A stretch of DNA of 63,186 nt, counting the filler, from Rhabdomonas costata (lineage: Eukaryota), in NCBI GenBank assembly GCA_019059605.1. It is 50 parts of 50 records of this genome, joined end to end, with 100 filler letters (N's around TTAATTAATTAA, not from the genome) between each part and the next. Parts side by side here need not be neighbours in the genome. Positions count along the whole stretch, not along the records: positions 21,523 to 22,688 come from JAHMHO010025405.1; positions 22,789 to 23,954 come from JAHMHO010025406.1; positions 24,055 to 25,220 come from JAHMHO010025407.1; positions 25,321 to 26,486 come from JAHMHO010025408.1; positions 26,587 to 27,752 come from JAHMHO010025409.1; positions 27,853 to 29,018 come from JAHMHO010025410.1; positions 29,119 to 30,284 come from JAHMHO010025411.1; positions 30,385 to 31,550 come from JAHMHO010025412.1; 42 more parts are not named here. The stretch is one strand, 5' to 3'. Positions within the stretch are counted from its first letter, which is position 1. Every line of letters begins with the position of its first letter. The notes under the pieces are model-generated. The model was not told the DNA's origin. It was given only the letters and a program-made list of their open reading frames with translations, and ran no database searches. The position numbers and the translations under genes were made by a program. Positions 22,421 through 35,859 of the stretch are shown here, piece by piece.

Positions 22421-25400
22421 CTGCGACCATCACCACAAAGAAAAAGCAGGCACAACCCATTTCCTGTTCACGCTTGTAGTCCAGAGGCAGAGACAGAGAG
22501 AGATTATTTCCTGCATGTTCTACTGCACCTGAACGTCTGAGAGCCGGGTGTCTGGATGATACTAAGTTATTATCCCCTCCCGCCGTTTCCTTTGCACAGA
22601 TATGCAGTTCTTTCAATGTGAATGAAATGCATATCTGTGCAAAGGAAACGGCGGGAGGGGATAATAACTTAGTATCATCCACACACCCNNNNNNNNNNNN
22701 NNNNNNNNNNNNNNNNNNNNNNNNNNNNNNNNTTAATTAATTAANNNNNNNNNNNNNNNNNNNNNNNNNNNNNNNNNNNNNNNNNNNNTTTTGGGGGGTG
22801 TGGCACACCGCTGTGGTCATGGACGAGGAGGAGGTGGTGGAGGTGGACGAGGTAGTGGGTTCCCCCGCAGCCGCAGCCGCAGAGGCAGAGGAGCGGGCCA
22901 CCATGCAGTGCAGGGCATAGGCCCCGGCCAAAGAGACCGCGGAGGGGTTGGGGGAGGGCGCCCGGTCCGCATTCCACCGAGAGTCTTCTGGAAGGAGGGA
23001 GGAAACCCGGAAACTGCGTGTGTATGTGTGTATGGATGAATGTGCGTTAGGATGGGGGATGCGGGCTGCAGTCCCGGTCCCCACACCGACTGTTGCGGCC
23101 TGAGCAAGCGGCTGGAGTTCACTGGCGCACACGCTCGTTGAAAGCATGGGGTGCCCGTCACGTAACTGTGGTGAGGCAGCAGGTCACCGCCCGAGTCATA
23201 TCAACGAGTGTGCAAGCGCTTGTATGTGTGTGCCTTTTCAAGGGGAGGACACTCCACCGTACCAAAGCATCAAAGGGCAAAAGAACTCAGGCATCGCCTC
23301 AACGATAAAGAAACAAATCTAACAGGGATTAGTCTTTTGTCTCCCGCGGACGTGCTCAATTTTCAAGCAGAACATTTAAAGGGAAGGGCTGGGACGGGAT
23401 GTGACAACATCAACACGGAAAACAAACCAAAGGAGGACGTCCCAGCAATGCACCCAACACACTGGGCTGGTAGTGCACATTGGCAGGCACCTCCGTCGTA
23501 TGGCGGACCATAGGGTTTCGACGGAAAAGAAGGGATTTGTCCTTCGTCACGCTTGACTTTTCTGTCCTTTTGCGCTCTTTATCCAAGGAGAAAAAGAGCC
23601 GACCTCTGTCCTGCTTCTGGCTCGGGGTGCCCTGGCCGCCGCCGCTGAGTGCGGGGGTGGCGCTGCAGCCCGCAGACTCGCCACACTCCGAGCCACCGTC
23701 GGACCGAGGGCTTCTACATGGGGGCTCACTCTGCAAGAGATAGTCACGAAAGGTTGTGCAAATTCTGCGAAGCATGGCGCCGTTCGCAATACGGGCAGCC
23801 ACTGAAGTGAGCATCTTCCGAAAAGTCGACGGTATAAAATGCTGGTATTGTCGAATACCTGGTCCAGAGAATGAAAAAGGGGAATCCTTTCCTAACAATG
23901 TGCGAGGATCAGTGGCATTGCAAATCTCATGGAAGGGAATTCCCCCCCCCCAACNNNNNNNNNNNNNNNNNNNNNNNNNNNNNNNNNNNNNNNNNNNNTT
24001 AATTAATTAANNNNNNNNNNNNNNNNNNNNNNNNNNNNNNNNNNNNNNNNNNNNTTTAATTTTTCGAACCTAACTAATACTAACCTAACTAATACTCCTC
24101 CTCATGAAAATTTTCAATTTTTGGGCCCGCGGACATTGCCGAATTTTTTTCTCAAAAAGCGCCAAAAATCGCGTTTTTGGACTATAGAACGAAGTAGTCT
24201 TCGAGTCCAGCCCAAAAAAGGTGACGACCCCCATTCTTGCGGTCGTAGAACACGAAAAACACGGTCTGGTGCTTCGATTCGACCATCTTGACGCTAAAAT
24301 CCTTTTCGAGGCCTGCCTCGGTGGTACCATGTAAGGGTCGAAAATGGGGTGTCCGGGGTGAAAAAATCGACCCTCCGGAAATCGACCCAACATGACGTTT
24401 CTGAGGTCGGGGGTTCGGAAAAACGCGTTTTTATGCGGATTTGATGGGTTTTTTTGAGGCTGTGGAAAGGGGTTTTGGGGGCAAAAAAGCCTTAAAAGGG
24501 GCTTTTTGGCGTTGAAAAGGGCTTCGAAAGGGGTGAAAATGAGGGAACTTCGGCCGCTTGGGTAAAGTGGTGTTTCGGTTGGTTGCAATAGCGGAAAACC
24601 GCGGGGAGGGGTCCCCCTTCCTCGAAGTAGGTTTAATCCGCAATGGGACAAACATGCACCCTCGTTTCATTACGGGACCCCTTAGCGCGGCGCGCGGCGC
24701 ACAGCGCCCTTACTTGTACCACTTGTTTCCCGGATTTTAGAGGTGGGAGGTATATTTTTCGCTTTTTTTTCACAAGAGTGCGTACGCACCAAGGAAAGCA
24801 GAGTCATTGGGCAAATCAGAAGCACGGAATGCACCGTAAATTTTGAAAGGACATCATACCGGGCAGCTATTGGTAACTCAGCCAGGTGCAGGGTTCTGAT
24901 CTCCTCGCGCTCCCGCAGATCCTCTGCTTGAATCAGAACTCGCTGTTCCTCCTGCAACCGCCATCCAGAGCGAAAAACTAGATAATAAAAACACCACAGT
25001 TCACTACCTTGACAGACTCGATCCGCTCCATAAATAGGCAGCCCTGTTTCACTGAGGAAAACAGGTTCGGCTTCTAATTAGGCTACACAGGAAGTCACGT
25101 GGCGATGCAGGTGTCCCCAGGTAATCCAATAGAGGAATGGGAAACACACCCAAAAGCCGAAACCACAACAATGAAAAAACCACTGCACAGTGATAAAAAA
25201 AAACCCAAACACACCACACANNNNNNNNNNNNNNNNNNNNNNNNNNNNNNNNNNNNNNNNNNNNTTAATTAATTAANNNNNNNNNNNNNNNNNNNNNNNN
25301 NNNNNNNNNNNNNNNNNNNNTTGTGTTGGTGTGTTGCCCCATCGCACACACATGGCGGCATCACACCAGGCGTGCGGCGGAGCCCGCCCACTTCCTCTGC

Positions 25401-26825
25401 TGGCGAGGCATTCAAGAGGCAGCAGTGCAGTGTAAGCAAGAAACGTATTCCTAGCAGCCATGCGCGCGAAGCCATGCCCACTCACCGCCAACAGGGACTC
25501 GGTATGCTTCCAATACCGCGCAAGCGGCGCGGTGCTCTCGCTACTCACAAAGGCAAAAACGAAAACCTCTGCATTCGCTTATTGACAGGTCACTACTGGG
25601 AAAAGTTTACACCGGTGAGAAGATGCGCAGAAAGGCAAAGGGGAAGAAGTCAAAAGACAACAGATAAGACGCTGGTTGCCCATTGACCCGCAAAGCTTAG
25701 CAACACGTGTGCGCCTCCAATTATGCTGTTTGGACAACACTTCTTTCACTTCATTTCACTCAAACCCTGGGTGTGGGTGGCCTTTCACAGCGGCACCCAC
25801 TGCAATGCACGCCGAGAACATCGCTTACCCTGGCCAAGGCTCCTTGACGGTTAAAGCCCCATCCACAAACCACTCTGCGATGGCACGCAGCCATGTCAAC
25901 AAAATTCTGACTCGGTTACCCTCTAAGAGATGTGCATGTGGGGGGGGGGATTTGTTCAACGGAATCGGACTCATGGAGGTGGGAAAAACTCATCATCTCC
26001 CTCGAGAAAAACTAAGCGGGTGTATCCAGATCTCAACACAAGTGCGCGGTCGGCGCTGAAAAGCGGCTCCGCGCCTAACTTCATGCACAATTCAACCAAT
26101 ATACGTAGTATTGTACTGATGCTAGGCTTTTGGAAATGAAACTTGAATGGAATCGCTGCCCGGAGAAACCGAAACTGGACAACCCGCAATTTCCACAAAG
26201 CACTTCAGAGAAGCCTACCGAATCCTTTGAGCAGATTCGTGACTCCTTTGGCCGTCCCGTCCCATCCCGAGGGCAAAGGGGCGCAATAGTACACAATGCC
26301 TCCACACCGTGAGACATAGGACCACCAACTCCTAGGGAAATCAGGCGGCCAGTGCGAACCTTATCGGCAATCGACCAGCCCAACTGAACCTTAGCCATCC
26401 ACCAGCCTGCGACCTGCAGCCTGCCACATGGAGACCAAATTATGGGCGACCGTGTGTCCACCATGGTCACTGATGGACAAAAAGGGNNNNNNNNNNNNNN
26501 NNNNNNNNNNNNNNNNNNNNNNNNNNNNNNTTAATTAATTAANNNNNNNNNNNNNNNNNNNNNNNNNNNNNNNNNNNNNNNNNNNNTGTTTGTTGGCGAT
26601 TTCGCCAGGAAGGGTGTAATTGATTCCTTCACATTCAAGGTTGTTGTGTGAGCTGTGGTGGGAATGGCGCGCCTTCGTAACACTGAGACCAGTCGCAGTC
26701 GGAGCACGGCGTTTTGATCAATTTGGCCAGGCCACTATTTGTTCGTCGAATGTTAGAAAGTAGAGCGATTCGACCCAGGGGACGGCCGAATGGGGGCACT
26801 TTTGGGGTGGACAGATGGGTGTGAA

Positions 26826-26874
26826 AGGGTTTAGGGGTTTATGGTTAGGGTTATAATTAGGGATAGGGTTACAG
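26826..26874 (+). repeat. Degenerate TTAGGG-like interstitial tract
   Basis: agggtttaggggtttatggttagggttataattagggatagggttacaggg. Confidence 0.7.
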
Positions 26875-27173
26875 GGCGATGCATGTGTGGAAACATCGCT
26901 TATTTGCCAGCAAGGGCGCCTTCTTGAGCCTTCTTGGAAGAATAAACTGTTGAAAAGCAAGAGGAAGACCCATAGGACAGAGGGCAGTTGGGGTGGACTG
27001 CGACGGCCGAGGGGGCCCACTCCTGTCCAGCTCCAAGTCACCAGCATCATCTGCCGAAATGAAGCACAACTCGGCTTGACCGCCTGGCTTCCCCGCCTCG
27101 GTTACACTTGTGTGCAGCTACACCAGGTGCTCTGCTCGGAATTCCAACCGATTCAAGACAGTGCAATGCACAC

Positions 27174-27353
27174 CAGCATGTCCATCCCAAAGGCCAGCCT
27201 GGACAGCGAGATCGTCAGCAGATAGCTGATCAGCAAGGCACAGAGCAGAGCGAGCAGCACGACAACGATCAGGGTGATCATCATTCTGGTGTTGGTTCGC
27301 TGGATGGCGTCCAATGTGGCAACTGTGTTGGCCTCAATTGGGCCCATTGTTGA
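27174..27353 (-). CDS. Transmembrane helix plus start of a HAMP domain (receptor cyclase/kinase-type sensor)
   Basis: MMITLIVVVLLALLCALLISYLLTISLSRLAFGMDML|gtgtgc. Confidence 0.62.
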
Positions 27354-28159
27354 CTCACGGTCAACAAGGAGGACCAAATTCACGCGAAGCCCCATCTGCA
27401 AATCAAAAATTCGGGCATATACGTCTGCACATAAACGCAAAAGCAGAGAGAGAGAGACCTAGTAATGTGCTGTGTGCTGTGTGTGCGCAGAACCAATGCA
27501 CGCCAGTGTCTTTACAAACCTCCCGATGCCGCTCTTCAACATACAAACGAATCTTTCCTGGTTTAAAGCGGTCAGCAGGAAATGAGCGCAACTAGGGACG
27601 GGGAGATGCAAGGCCACATAACCATCAGTGGCTGCCACTTACCAAAAGCTAAACATCAACCTCCGTTGAAATCGCCGCTGTGCTCAGCCAGTAATCCTCC
27701 CCGTTCAGGGACTGAGAAATACTTTGATCCGGAATGGCATCCCAACAAAACCNNNNNNNNNNNNNNNNNNNNNNNNNNNNNNNNNNNNNNNNNNNNTTAA
27801 TTAATTAANNNNNNNNNNNNNNNNNNNNNNNNNNNNNNNNNNNNNNNNNNNNGTGCGAAACAAAAGTTCACGGTGTGGCCTGCTATGCGAAAGTATGTGA
27901 CAAAAGTGTGTTTGTCTATCCGCACTGAAGGCGCGGAGCGTTTTCCGAATAGGTCATCATCGTGCGGGTTAACTGCGTGATTTAGATTTTCAAGCAAAGC
28001 CCCTTAAAAAACTAGTTGCGCATGTACACCCGAGGACCTGTACACGTTCCAGAGCCCTTGGAAAGCCTGGGAATGTGGTGTAATTTTTTAATTGCAGCCA
28101 TGTTTTTTAAGGGTGTTTTTCCTTGATTTTTCGCCGTTGTCATCTCTGATGTGTATAAG

Positions 28160-28870
28160 ATGGAACCCGGACCAGCAAAATGGACTCGTGGGCCCACGGA
28201 CTGGGACTGTCCGGTCTGCCGTAATGTGAATTTTGCCAAACGGGTTTGCAATGATTGCTCTGCTTCTAATGCTGCAAATTTCCCAGCATTACCGAACTGT
28301 TTCGTGCCCTTCTGTTCAGGTAACATGCAACCGTTGTGACACTCCCAAGCCAGGGTCTGTGGCGATGGGTACGGGTAATCCGGTCTTCGGGCAAGGTGGT
28401 GGTGATCTTGCGCCATCTAGCTTGGGTGGCAAAGCTAGATTTCCAACGCAACCCGGTGACTGGTGCTGTCCCAATGTGTCGTGCGGAAATGTCAATTGGT
28501 ACAATCTGTTATTGTGCACCTGCGCCTCCACAACACCTTTTCCTCACTGTTGTCAACCTCCAGCTTTTGAGAGCTGTCCTCCTTCACTCGCGCTTTCTTT
28601 GCGTTCAAGGTGGTGGGTTTTCAGACATTAACATTTCCCTGTGTAACAGCTTGTTTTTCACACAGTCATGTGTTAGCTCCCAGAGGAATTGGCTAGTCAG
28701 TGCCGCAAATTCTAAAGGTCCTTTGCTACTTTTTTTTTGCTGTGCGAAGGGCAAAACGCTCCACCTGCAACCTGTGCGGTGCGCCGCGCCCTGAAGAGCA
28801 GGCCATTGCCTCTTTGCCTTCTGCTCCTTCTGTCTCCTACCCGAAAATTCCGCCGAACATGGGACCTGAG
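28160..28870 (+). CDS. RanBP2-type zinc-finger protein (2 fingers), exons 28160-28243, 28320-28498, 28750-28870
   Basis: DWDCPVCRNVNFAKR|VTCNRC and GDWCCPNVSCGNVNW|AKRSTCNLCGAPRP; GT-AG introns in phase. Confidence 0.93.
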
Positions 28871-29302
28871 GTCAGTGAAATTTTTGTCTCCCCCCTCCCC
28901 CCGCTACTTTTTTTTCGCAACGCGCGGGTTTTTTCTACAGTAGAGCTCTCGAAGCATTAGATGCTACTGTTGCACCCCGGGCTGTTTCTGGTATCAAAAC
29001 AACATCCTCACACCACAANNNNNNNNNNNNNNNNNNNNNNNNNNNNNNNNNNNNNNNNNNNNTTAATTAATTAANNNNNNNNNNNNNNNNNNNNNNNNNN
29101 NNNNNNNNNNNNNNNNNNTTTTGGTGGGGTCTTTCAACTCTTCACTCCTTTTCGTCGCATTACCTAATGGCCGGTGCATGTGCGAGTTTTCTTTTTTCCT
29201 GATGTATCCATGACAAGCAATCATGCTCGTGGAGGGTAGTGTTCCAGCTTATCCTTGAACGTATAGTTGTTTTCCCTTTCCTTCACTTCGCACCTTTCAC
29301 AG

Positions 29303-29815
29303 GTATGGGTCGTGGAAAGGTGCCGTATACGAGGACGCAGCGTACGGCATGAGCGAACCGGAAGACATCGTGCTTCAACTGATTGTGGTGCGCTTGTTGC
29401 TATGGCTGTTTCGTTGCACAGTACTTTAATACCCTTCCGAATGGCAAATTATGCACCATTCTATTCAGGACGACGGTTTTCCCACTCGGTTTCACCGCAA
29501 GAACCTCTTCCGCCCAGGTGCGTGTTTGTTTGCGTTGGTGTTTGCGTGTTTGCGCTTCGATTACGGGCTCACGTGTGCATTGCCTGTATTCCTCATCACT
29601 TGCAGTGTTCGTATGATTGCCCATGGATGGCTGGGCTGTCTCGGATTATTTGTCGCTGCGGTGACCTTGCTGTTTCTTGCGGCTCTTTCTGCTCAGAGCT
29701 CGCTGGCATGGGGGTGAGCATCTCAGGCCACCTCTCGTACCGCTTCGTGTGCGTGGTGGTGTACGCGACGCAATTCACGGAGCTTCCCGTCGCGGAGCTG
29801 CGGCAAATGCAGACG
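29303..29815 (+). CDS. CAP (SCP/Tpx-1/Ag5/PR-1) domain protein, 3 exons
   Basis: YGSWKGAVYEDAAYGMSEPEDIVLQLIV|DDGFPTRFHRKNLFRP|ELAGMGVSISGHLSYRFVCVVVYA matches the protist/bacterial CAP motif IVxQLxIDDGxxxRGHRxN; none of the ORF-track entries gives the full reading. Confidence 0.85.
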
Positions 29816-30463
29816 TGGATGGCCCAACACCTCAAGCGCCATCTCATCTGTCCGGGCTGCCGGAAGGCTTGCTCCCCCGCCCACACGCACAGATACACAC
29901 AAATGGCGTCTCGTCTGCTGCGTCACTGTAAAAGACCAGCAGATCTCAAGAACTGAATCGTTTCCGTGCTCAAAGTCGGTAGTTAGCAAACCTTCGCTCA
30001 CAAACACGCAGCATCAGCTATCTGACCTTCCTCTGTCTTTCTGTCGTAAGGGATAGGTATGTGCGTCGTTTGGTTTTGAAGTGACCATGTCTGAGAGGAG
30101 GCGTATGGCACTGGTTTTTGGTCATTTTGTCTCGTCACAGGATCCGGAAATCCTGCGTGGATCTTTGTCATTGTTTGTTTGCAGGAGGTTGCCGAGACTG
30201 AGGGGGTCTTCGCTTGCTCCAACAAGTGGCACCCCAACTGCTGCGTTTGTGCCACTTGTTGGAGCAAGCGAAGACCCCCACACCNNNNNNNNNNNNNNNN
30301 NNNNNNNNNNNNNNNNNNNNNNNNNNNNTTAATTAATTAANNNNNNNNNNNNNNNNNNNNNNNNNNNNNNNNNNNNNNNNNNNNGCCTTGTTGACGCTTT
30401 GCAACTTCATCGCCACCGAAAGACCTGCACACACATCCACGAGGGTGAGGGTGTGGGGCAAAC

Positions 30464-30801
30464 CCCATGAGCTGGCTCAGCTGCTTGCACAGCGCAAGCC
30501 CCAGACCGCACCCCGAGCTGCCCCGCCCGCAGTGCAGCGCACAGTCCGTGGAGCGGCCATTGCGGGAGGGCGACCCCGGGAGGCCCTCGGATGGCCCCGG
30601 GACTTGGTAGAAGGCCTCGAAGAGCCTGGGGTGGCACGCCGCGGGAATACCACAGCCCTTGTCCACCACCAGAAACTCCACAGACTCGCCCAGGGCGGGG
30701 TGGGGGCGGGCGAAAACCCGAAGCAGGACGTCGGGCCGGACTTCGGTGCACGGAATCCGGCGCGTGGCATGCAACGCGTTGAGCAACATGTGAAGCAGAA
30801 C
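30464..30801 (-). CDS. Histidine kinase ATPase (HATPase_c) exon
   Basis: N box VLLHMLLNA, G1 VVDKGCGIP, F box LFEAFYQV, G2 GCGLGLALCKQLSQLMG; AG/GT boundaries. Confidence 0.92.
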
Positions 30802-32981
30802 CTGCAGTGCCAAGACGAAGGGGTAAAGCAAGAGCGACCTTCACAAGGCATCTGAGGTCACTTTCAGAAGCTAGGGCCGGCACAACCTCTAAATCCCGAC
30901 GCTCCCGTATCACGCAGAGTGCAGGAGGCCTTGACATATCTTCCTTTTCCTCTGGTGGTCTTCTTTCTTTGCTTCTGGGGGTAAAGTAGATTTGCTTAGT
31001 ACACCACTGCTTGCATATGCATCGGAGTCTGGGTGTCTTTGACTTGCAAGACTGGCAAGATAGAAGACAATGGATGGATGGATCTACGCCTGAATGAAAA
31101 GATAAAAGCAAAAAGATGTTTTGCTTGTTTGATGTGTTTGGTGGAAACCTGTTGGACGCGGTTGTCATCTCCGACAATTTCAGACGGCGTGGCGGGGCAG
31201 ATCTCCAGCTGTAGCCCAATCTGAAGCCTTGCCGTCTCCACCGCCAGGGATTCTGAAAAAGTTGGACCAACCAAAAGGCATTCCCCTACTCCCATCCTCC
31301 ACGAACAACGGCGCACACACAAGCGGAGGGTTGAGGGGGGGAATTTAGCCCCCTGGGGGTGCACATTGATGACACAAATCATATTGCTACATATCGTTGC
31401 ACTTAGCAACCTTGAGCCACTCCAGCGCGCCCGGCAGCAGCATAGAAACTGCAGCGACAAATAAGAAGAGAAAGCACCGCGCCTGAAGGCATCATCCCCA
31501 TTTGCAAAAATTGAAAGCCTTCTAGGATGTAGGAAGAACCCCCCCCCCACNNNNNNNNNNNNNNNNNNNNNNNNNNNNNNNNNNNNNNNNNNNNTTAATT
31601 AATTAANNNNNNNNNNNNNNNNNNNNNNNNNNNNNNNNNNNNNNNNNNNNCGTGTAATCCGTCCGACTCACACCCGGTAATTCATATGACAACTCCAGCA
31701 AACGAACGGAAAAACTGATCAATGATTAACACACGCAGGGAAGCAGGCAGTCCTTTGGAGGCGACTCACCGTTAGACCATGTCATTTGGTGTGTTCTCGA
31801 CGACTCCCTAAACATCCACCTGTACTGGTACTGGTAAATTGCCGACACGTCATAAAACGGCTCACTCCAACCTCATATGTGGCGTGGGGTGGGCATGGCC
31901 GTAGCGTAGCGAAGGACATCCTGACAACTAAAGGCATCTTCTATACCTGTCACTTTGCATCCTTACCCATAAGGGGCTTTCAGGATGCTCCGTCCTGGCG
32001 TAGCCACAGCAAAAAAACGCCCTTACCCTTTGACACGGAGGCACGGTCGTAAGGGCATGCCGTAGTAGGAGTAAGATGTCATGACTTAGGAAGGGCATCG
32101 CGGAGTAGGAAGAGGGAGCCATGCGGAGTAGGAAGGAAGGTCACGTAGCGAAGCGGAGTAGAGGATGAAAGCTGGTGGGAATGCCAACATCAACCCTTCA
32201 ACTCACCACCTTACGCACTCCACAGACCCACTCAACCCATCTCATAACAAGAAGCCATGACAAATACGCTTACAACATCACTTACACTCAGCCCTTGCAT
32301 CATCATTACACCCAAATCACCATTCGCACATCAAGACACCCTACGCACCAAGAACAGGAACACGTGAAGATGGTGTCCCTGGAGTCCCTGGAGACAGCGC
32401 TACCAACATCGACACATCCAGACCATGACACCATCGCTACAGATACAGAGAACACGAAGACACCTGGTAGGAGAGCAAAACACACGAAGCCAGCACAGAG
32501 CCCTTGACACCAACAGTAGGAGACAGAAGCACTTTCACTACACTACACACAAAGAGCATGGTTGATGGAGACGGAGACAGAAGCACTGGCACAGCGCAGG
32601 ACACAGGGACACGACACCAACCCTACCACGAACATCGTAACACCAACACACCCTACGACAGTAAAAGCAATGACACACACGTAGACACTAAAGAAGAAGA
32701 AGAGACAGAGACAGAGGCAGAGGCACAAACCAATAACAAGCACTGACACCACCAAAGCACACCAAGCCCATACAACCACCAGCCCTACCACCACCACCAC
32801 CAAGCACCCAAGAACCNNNNNNNNNNNNNNNNNNNNNNNNNNNNNNNNNNNNNNNNNNNNTTAATTAATTAANNNNNNNNNNNNNNNNNNNNNNNNNNNN
32901 NNNNNNNNNNNNNNNNTGTTGGTGTGGGAGGGACAGGACGACGGCTGCGCTGTGGTGCTGCTGGGGCCCACTCTCGCCCAG

Positions 32982-33107
32982 GTGATGGAGGTCAACACTG
33001 TGGTGGACCTGGAGACGGGCTCCACCCTTGCCCACTGGACGGCGCTGCATAAGATGTCGCGCACGACGCAGGCCCTTGTGCAGGCCGGGGCAGACATTAA
33101 GCTCAAG
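32982..33107 (+). CDS. Ankyrin-repeat exon
   Basis: VNTVVDLETGSTLAHWTALHKMSRTTQALVQAGADIKLK between cag| and |gtgccc. Confidence 0.8.
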
Positions 33108-34349
33108 GTGCCCCGTCTCTCTCCTCAGATGTACTGCCATGGAGCTCTCTCATTGTCTCAAAGTGTGGCACCCCACACAGAGCATGGAATTGGCTTGAAA
33201 AATGGCGGGTTTCATCTTAAAAGCGGAGCAAACCAAGTAACAAGGGAAACGTGTTTCTCAACACAAATCCAGGCACAAGTCCGTCGAGTTTACACAGTGA
33301 AACAGGTTACCAGGTTCTCTCTCCTGTTTCTTCGAAGCTACGTCAGTCCAAAACGCCAGCTTCATGGAAACGTCTCCGCAACTCTCTGTTTCGCAATGAA
33401 CAATGTGCCGAAGTCCAGATGTCGGCCTTCGGGTGGCCCTTCAGAGGGTGAGTAGGCGGAATTTTCTTGGTCTCGCTGCCGCGCCTCTTTGCTGGCCAAA
33501 ACAAAATGACTTTGTTCGGTCCTCCACATGGTTTACGTGTGCTGTATGATGCATTTTTTTCTCATTCTAACTGCGCCTGCGCACTGAGAAAAACCCTAAG
33601 CCGGAAAAGCAAAAAAGCAACTGAAACGAGAAAAATATAAGCAGTGTATAAAAATTATGAATCTCTTGTTGGAAACGCCGAATAAATAGAGTGTGGGAAA
33701 TATTTTCGGCTGCCAGAATCTCAAAAAGTGCTGCGGTAGGAGGCACTTCCCCCTTCCCGCTAAGGGCAATGCCCGCCTCTCAGGATGGGAGATCGGTGCT
33801 GCACTGCGGGTGGATGGGACATGATTTTTACAATGGGAGAGATGCACGGAAAGCCCCCAAACCATCACTCCCCACCGGCACTCTATGCTCACAAAAAGAA
33901 TGTGAGAAAGTGTGCGTGTGTGCGTGTGTGAAATTCGCAAATCCGACGCCGCTTGAACGGGGATGTAAATTTGAAGGAAATGTGAGCGGAGAGAACAAGG
34001 CCTCCACTGCGTAGCTTTCGTCACTTTTGTGTGAAGCTGGTCATCGGCGTCACGCTTTTTGCCTCTTTTTGTCACCACACCCNNNNNNNNNNNNNNNNNN
34101 NNNNNNNNNNNNNNNNNNNNNNNNNNTTAATTAATTAANNNNNNNNNNNNNNNNNNNNNNNNNNNNNNNNNNNNNNNNNNNNGGTTTTGGGTTACTAACG
34201 CAGACAGGTTCTCAGGTTTTGCAGAGTTCTGTGATACAAGCAGATGACCAGTGGATCCGCAGGCCAACCATTCGCCGTGAACAAAAAGCACAGAACTCTG
34301 CAAAACCTGAGAACCTGTCTGCGTTAGTAACACAAATACAAAACAACAC

Positions 34350-34901
34350 CTGTCTCCCAATGTCCAGCATGTCACGAAACACAGAGATGTTCAGCCCAAA
34401 ATCTGATACGTATTTCAACGTTATCCGGGACGCAGTAACCACAGTGCCCAGGTGAGCCTCCAGCTGCTCCTCCATTAGGTCAAGATCTCGGCTCATTAGC
34501 GCAGAGGCCATCTCACTGATTTGATGCGCAGTGAACTCCGACAGCTCCTTCCCCTCACGTAGAGAGCTGTTGGTCAAGTTATCCAACATCGCTAGCGTGG
34601 CCGCGGAGAGCTCAGCAAAAATTGATTCAGAGCCGGACTGAACCTGAAAGATTGTCAGAGAATTTGTGGCCTGAAGCTCGCGGACAACCCCATAAGTGGA
34701 AGTAATCAGCACCGCAGCCACTGACGCCGCCGTGACCACCACAACCATGGCAAAGCACAGGACGATGCACAACCGTATGGAAAGGAGCCTTGGGGGCCTT
34801 GGTTGGAGCGGGCGATTCGCGACGGTGGAGTGAGGTGAATGGGGACTGTGAAGGCACGGGTGATCCAAGACAGGATGCATATCCCCAGAAAGTGTAGGCA
34901 T
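34350..34901 (-). CDS. N-terminal exon of a membrane sensor/receptor (TM helix plus helical extracellular region)
   Basis: LSIRLCIVLCFAMVVVVTAASVAAVLITSTY followed by a long helical segment; ends at cag|gtgttg. Confidence 0.6.
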
Positions 34902-35859
34902 GTTGATATTCGGCGCAAAAAAAAAAGGGGGGGGGGTGATACAACAGGAAGCGCAAGCGCAACGGGACAGCACCTGACAGAAGATAATGTTAATAGGGGG
35001 AGCGGACCGAATCTCGCCTATAGCACTGGCCTGGGCACCGGGAAATGCCACAGCTAATCTGCGGGGTGATGGTCATTGTTCGCGTAGCGTATTACGCTGT
35101 GCGGAAAAATTCAGCATTACCAAGCGACCGGACCATGTAAACCTGGAAGGAGGGGCAACTGCCTGGAGAAACAATGACCCGAAAACCACTTATCACTATG
35201 CTTCCAAGAGCAAGGCTAACCAGAACGCCCCGCCCCCCAGAGCCAGAGCTCCATTTTCTGTTTCCCAACAACCGCAGAGCAAGTGCATTGCAACTTGTTC
35301 CATAAAGCAGTTGCTTGCGCTTCAGACAGTAAAAAGGCACAAAAACACNNNNNNNNNNNNNNNNNNNNNNNNNNNNNNNNNNNNNNNNNNNNTTAATTAA
35401 TTAANNNNNNNNNNNNNNNNNNNNNNNNNNNNNNNNNNNNNNNNNNNNGTGGCGGGCTTTGCAGAACTGAGGGACCTGGCGGGCGACTTCCACTGCAGAG
35501 CTCTGCTACCTGCTCTTCTTTAGGTCACCTCTCATGCAGTGTCGTCGTTTAACCTGTGCTGACTTGTTTTCACTGGGTTTTTTGTTCTTTCTGTCGTTTT
35601 TCGCTCACATCAGTGTTTGTCAGTGGCCACTTTGTATTCTCGGCGGGCTTTCCCCCGTCCACAACCATTCTATGTTGTTCACACGGAATCCTTCGCGTAT
35701 TTAGGTAGTATCCTTTGAGTATTTAGGTGAAAAGTTGTTGAAAACTGAGTCGCACCTCACCTAATGTGAGCTTTGAGCATTGGTGTCACTGGTGAACTTG
35801 TCCTTGGGCTGCAGATACTGGTGTCGCGGCTTCTTTGGAGACACCTTCCATCCCTACAG

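Noticed and set aside
22554-22680. Long near-perfect hairpins (also 7602-7957, 12489-12550, 34191-34331, 45575-45736, ~60424-60647) as MITEs, pre-miRNAs or hairpin telomeres
   Set aside because: Arms are near-identical, unrelated between contigs, lack TSDs and always reach a contig end beside primer-like K/M runs; best explained as amplification fold-back chimeras
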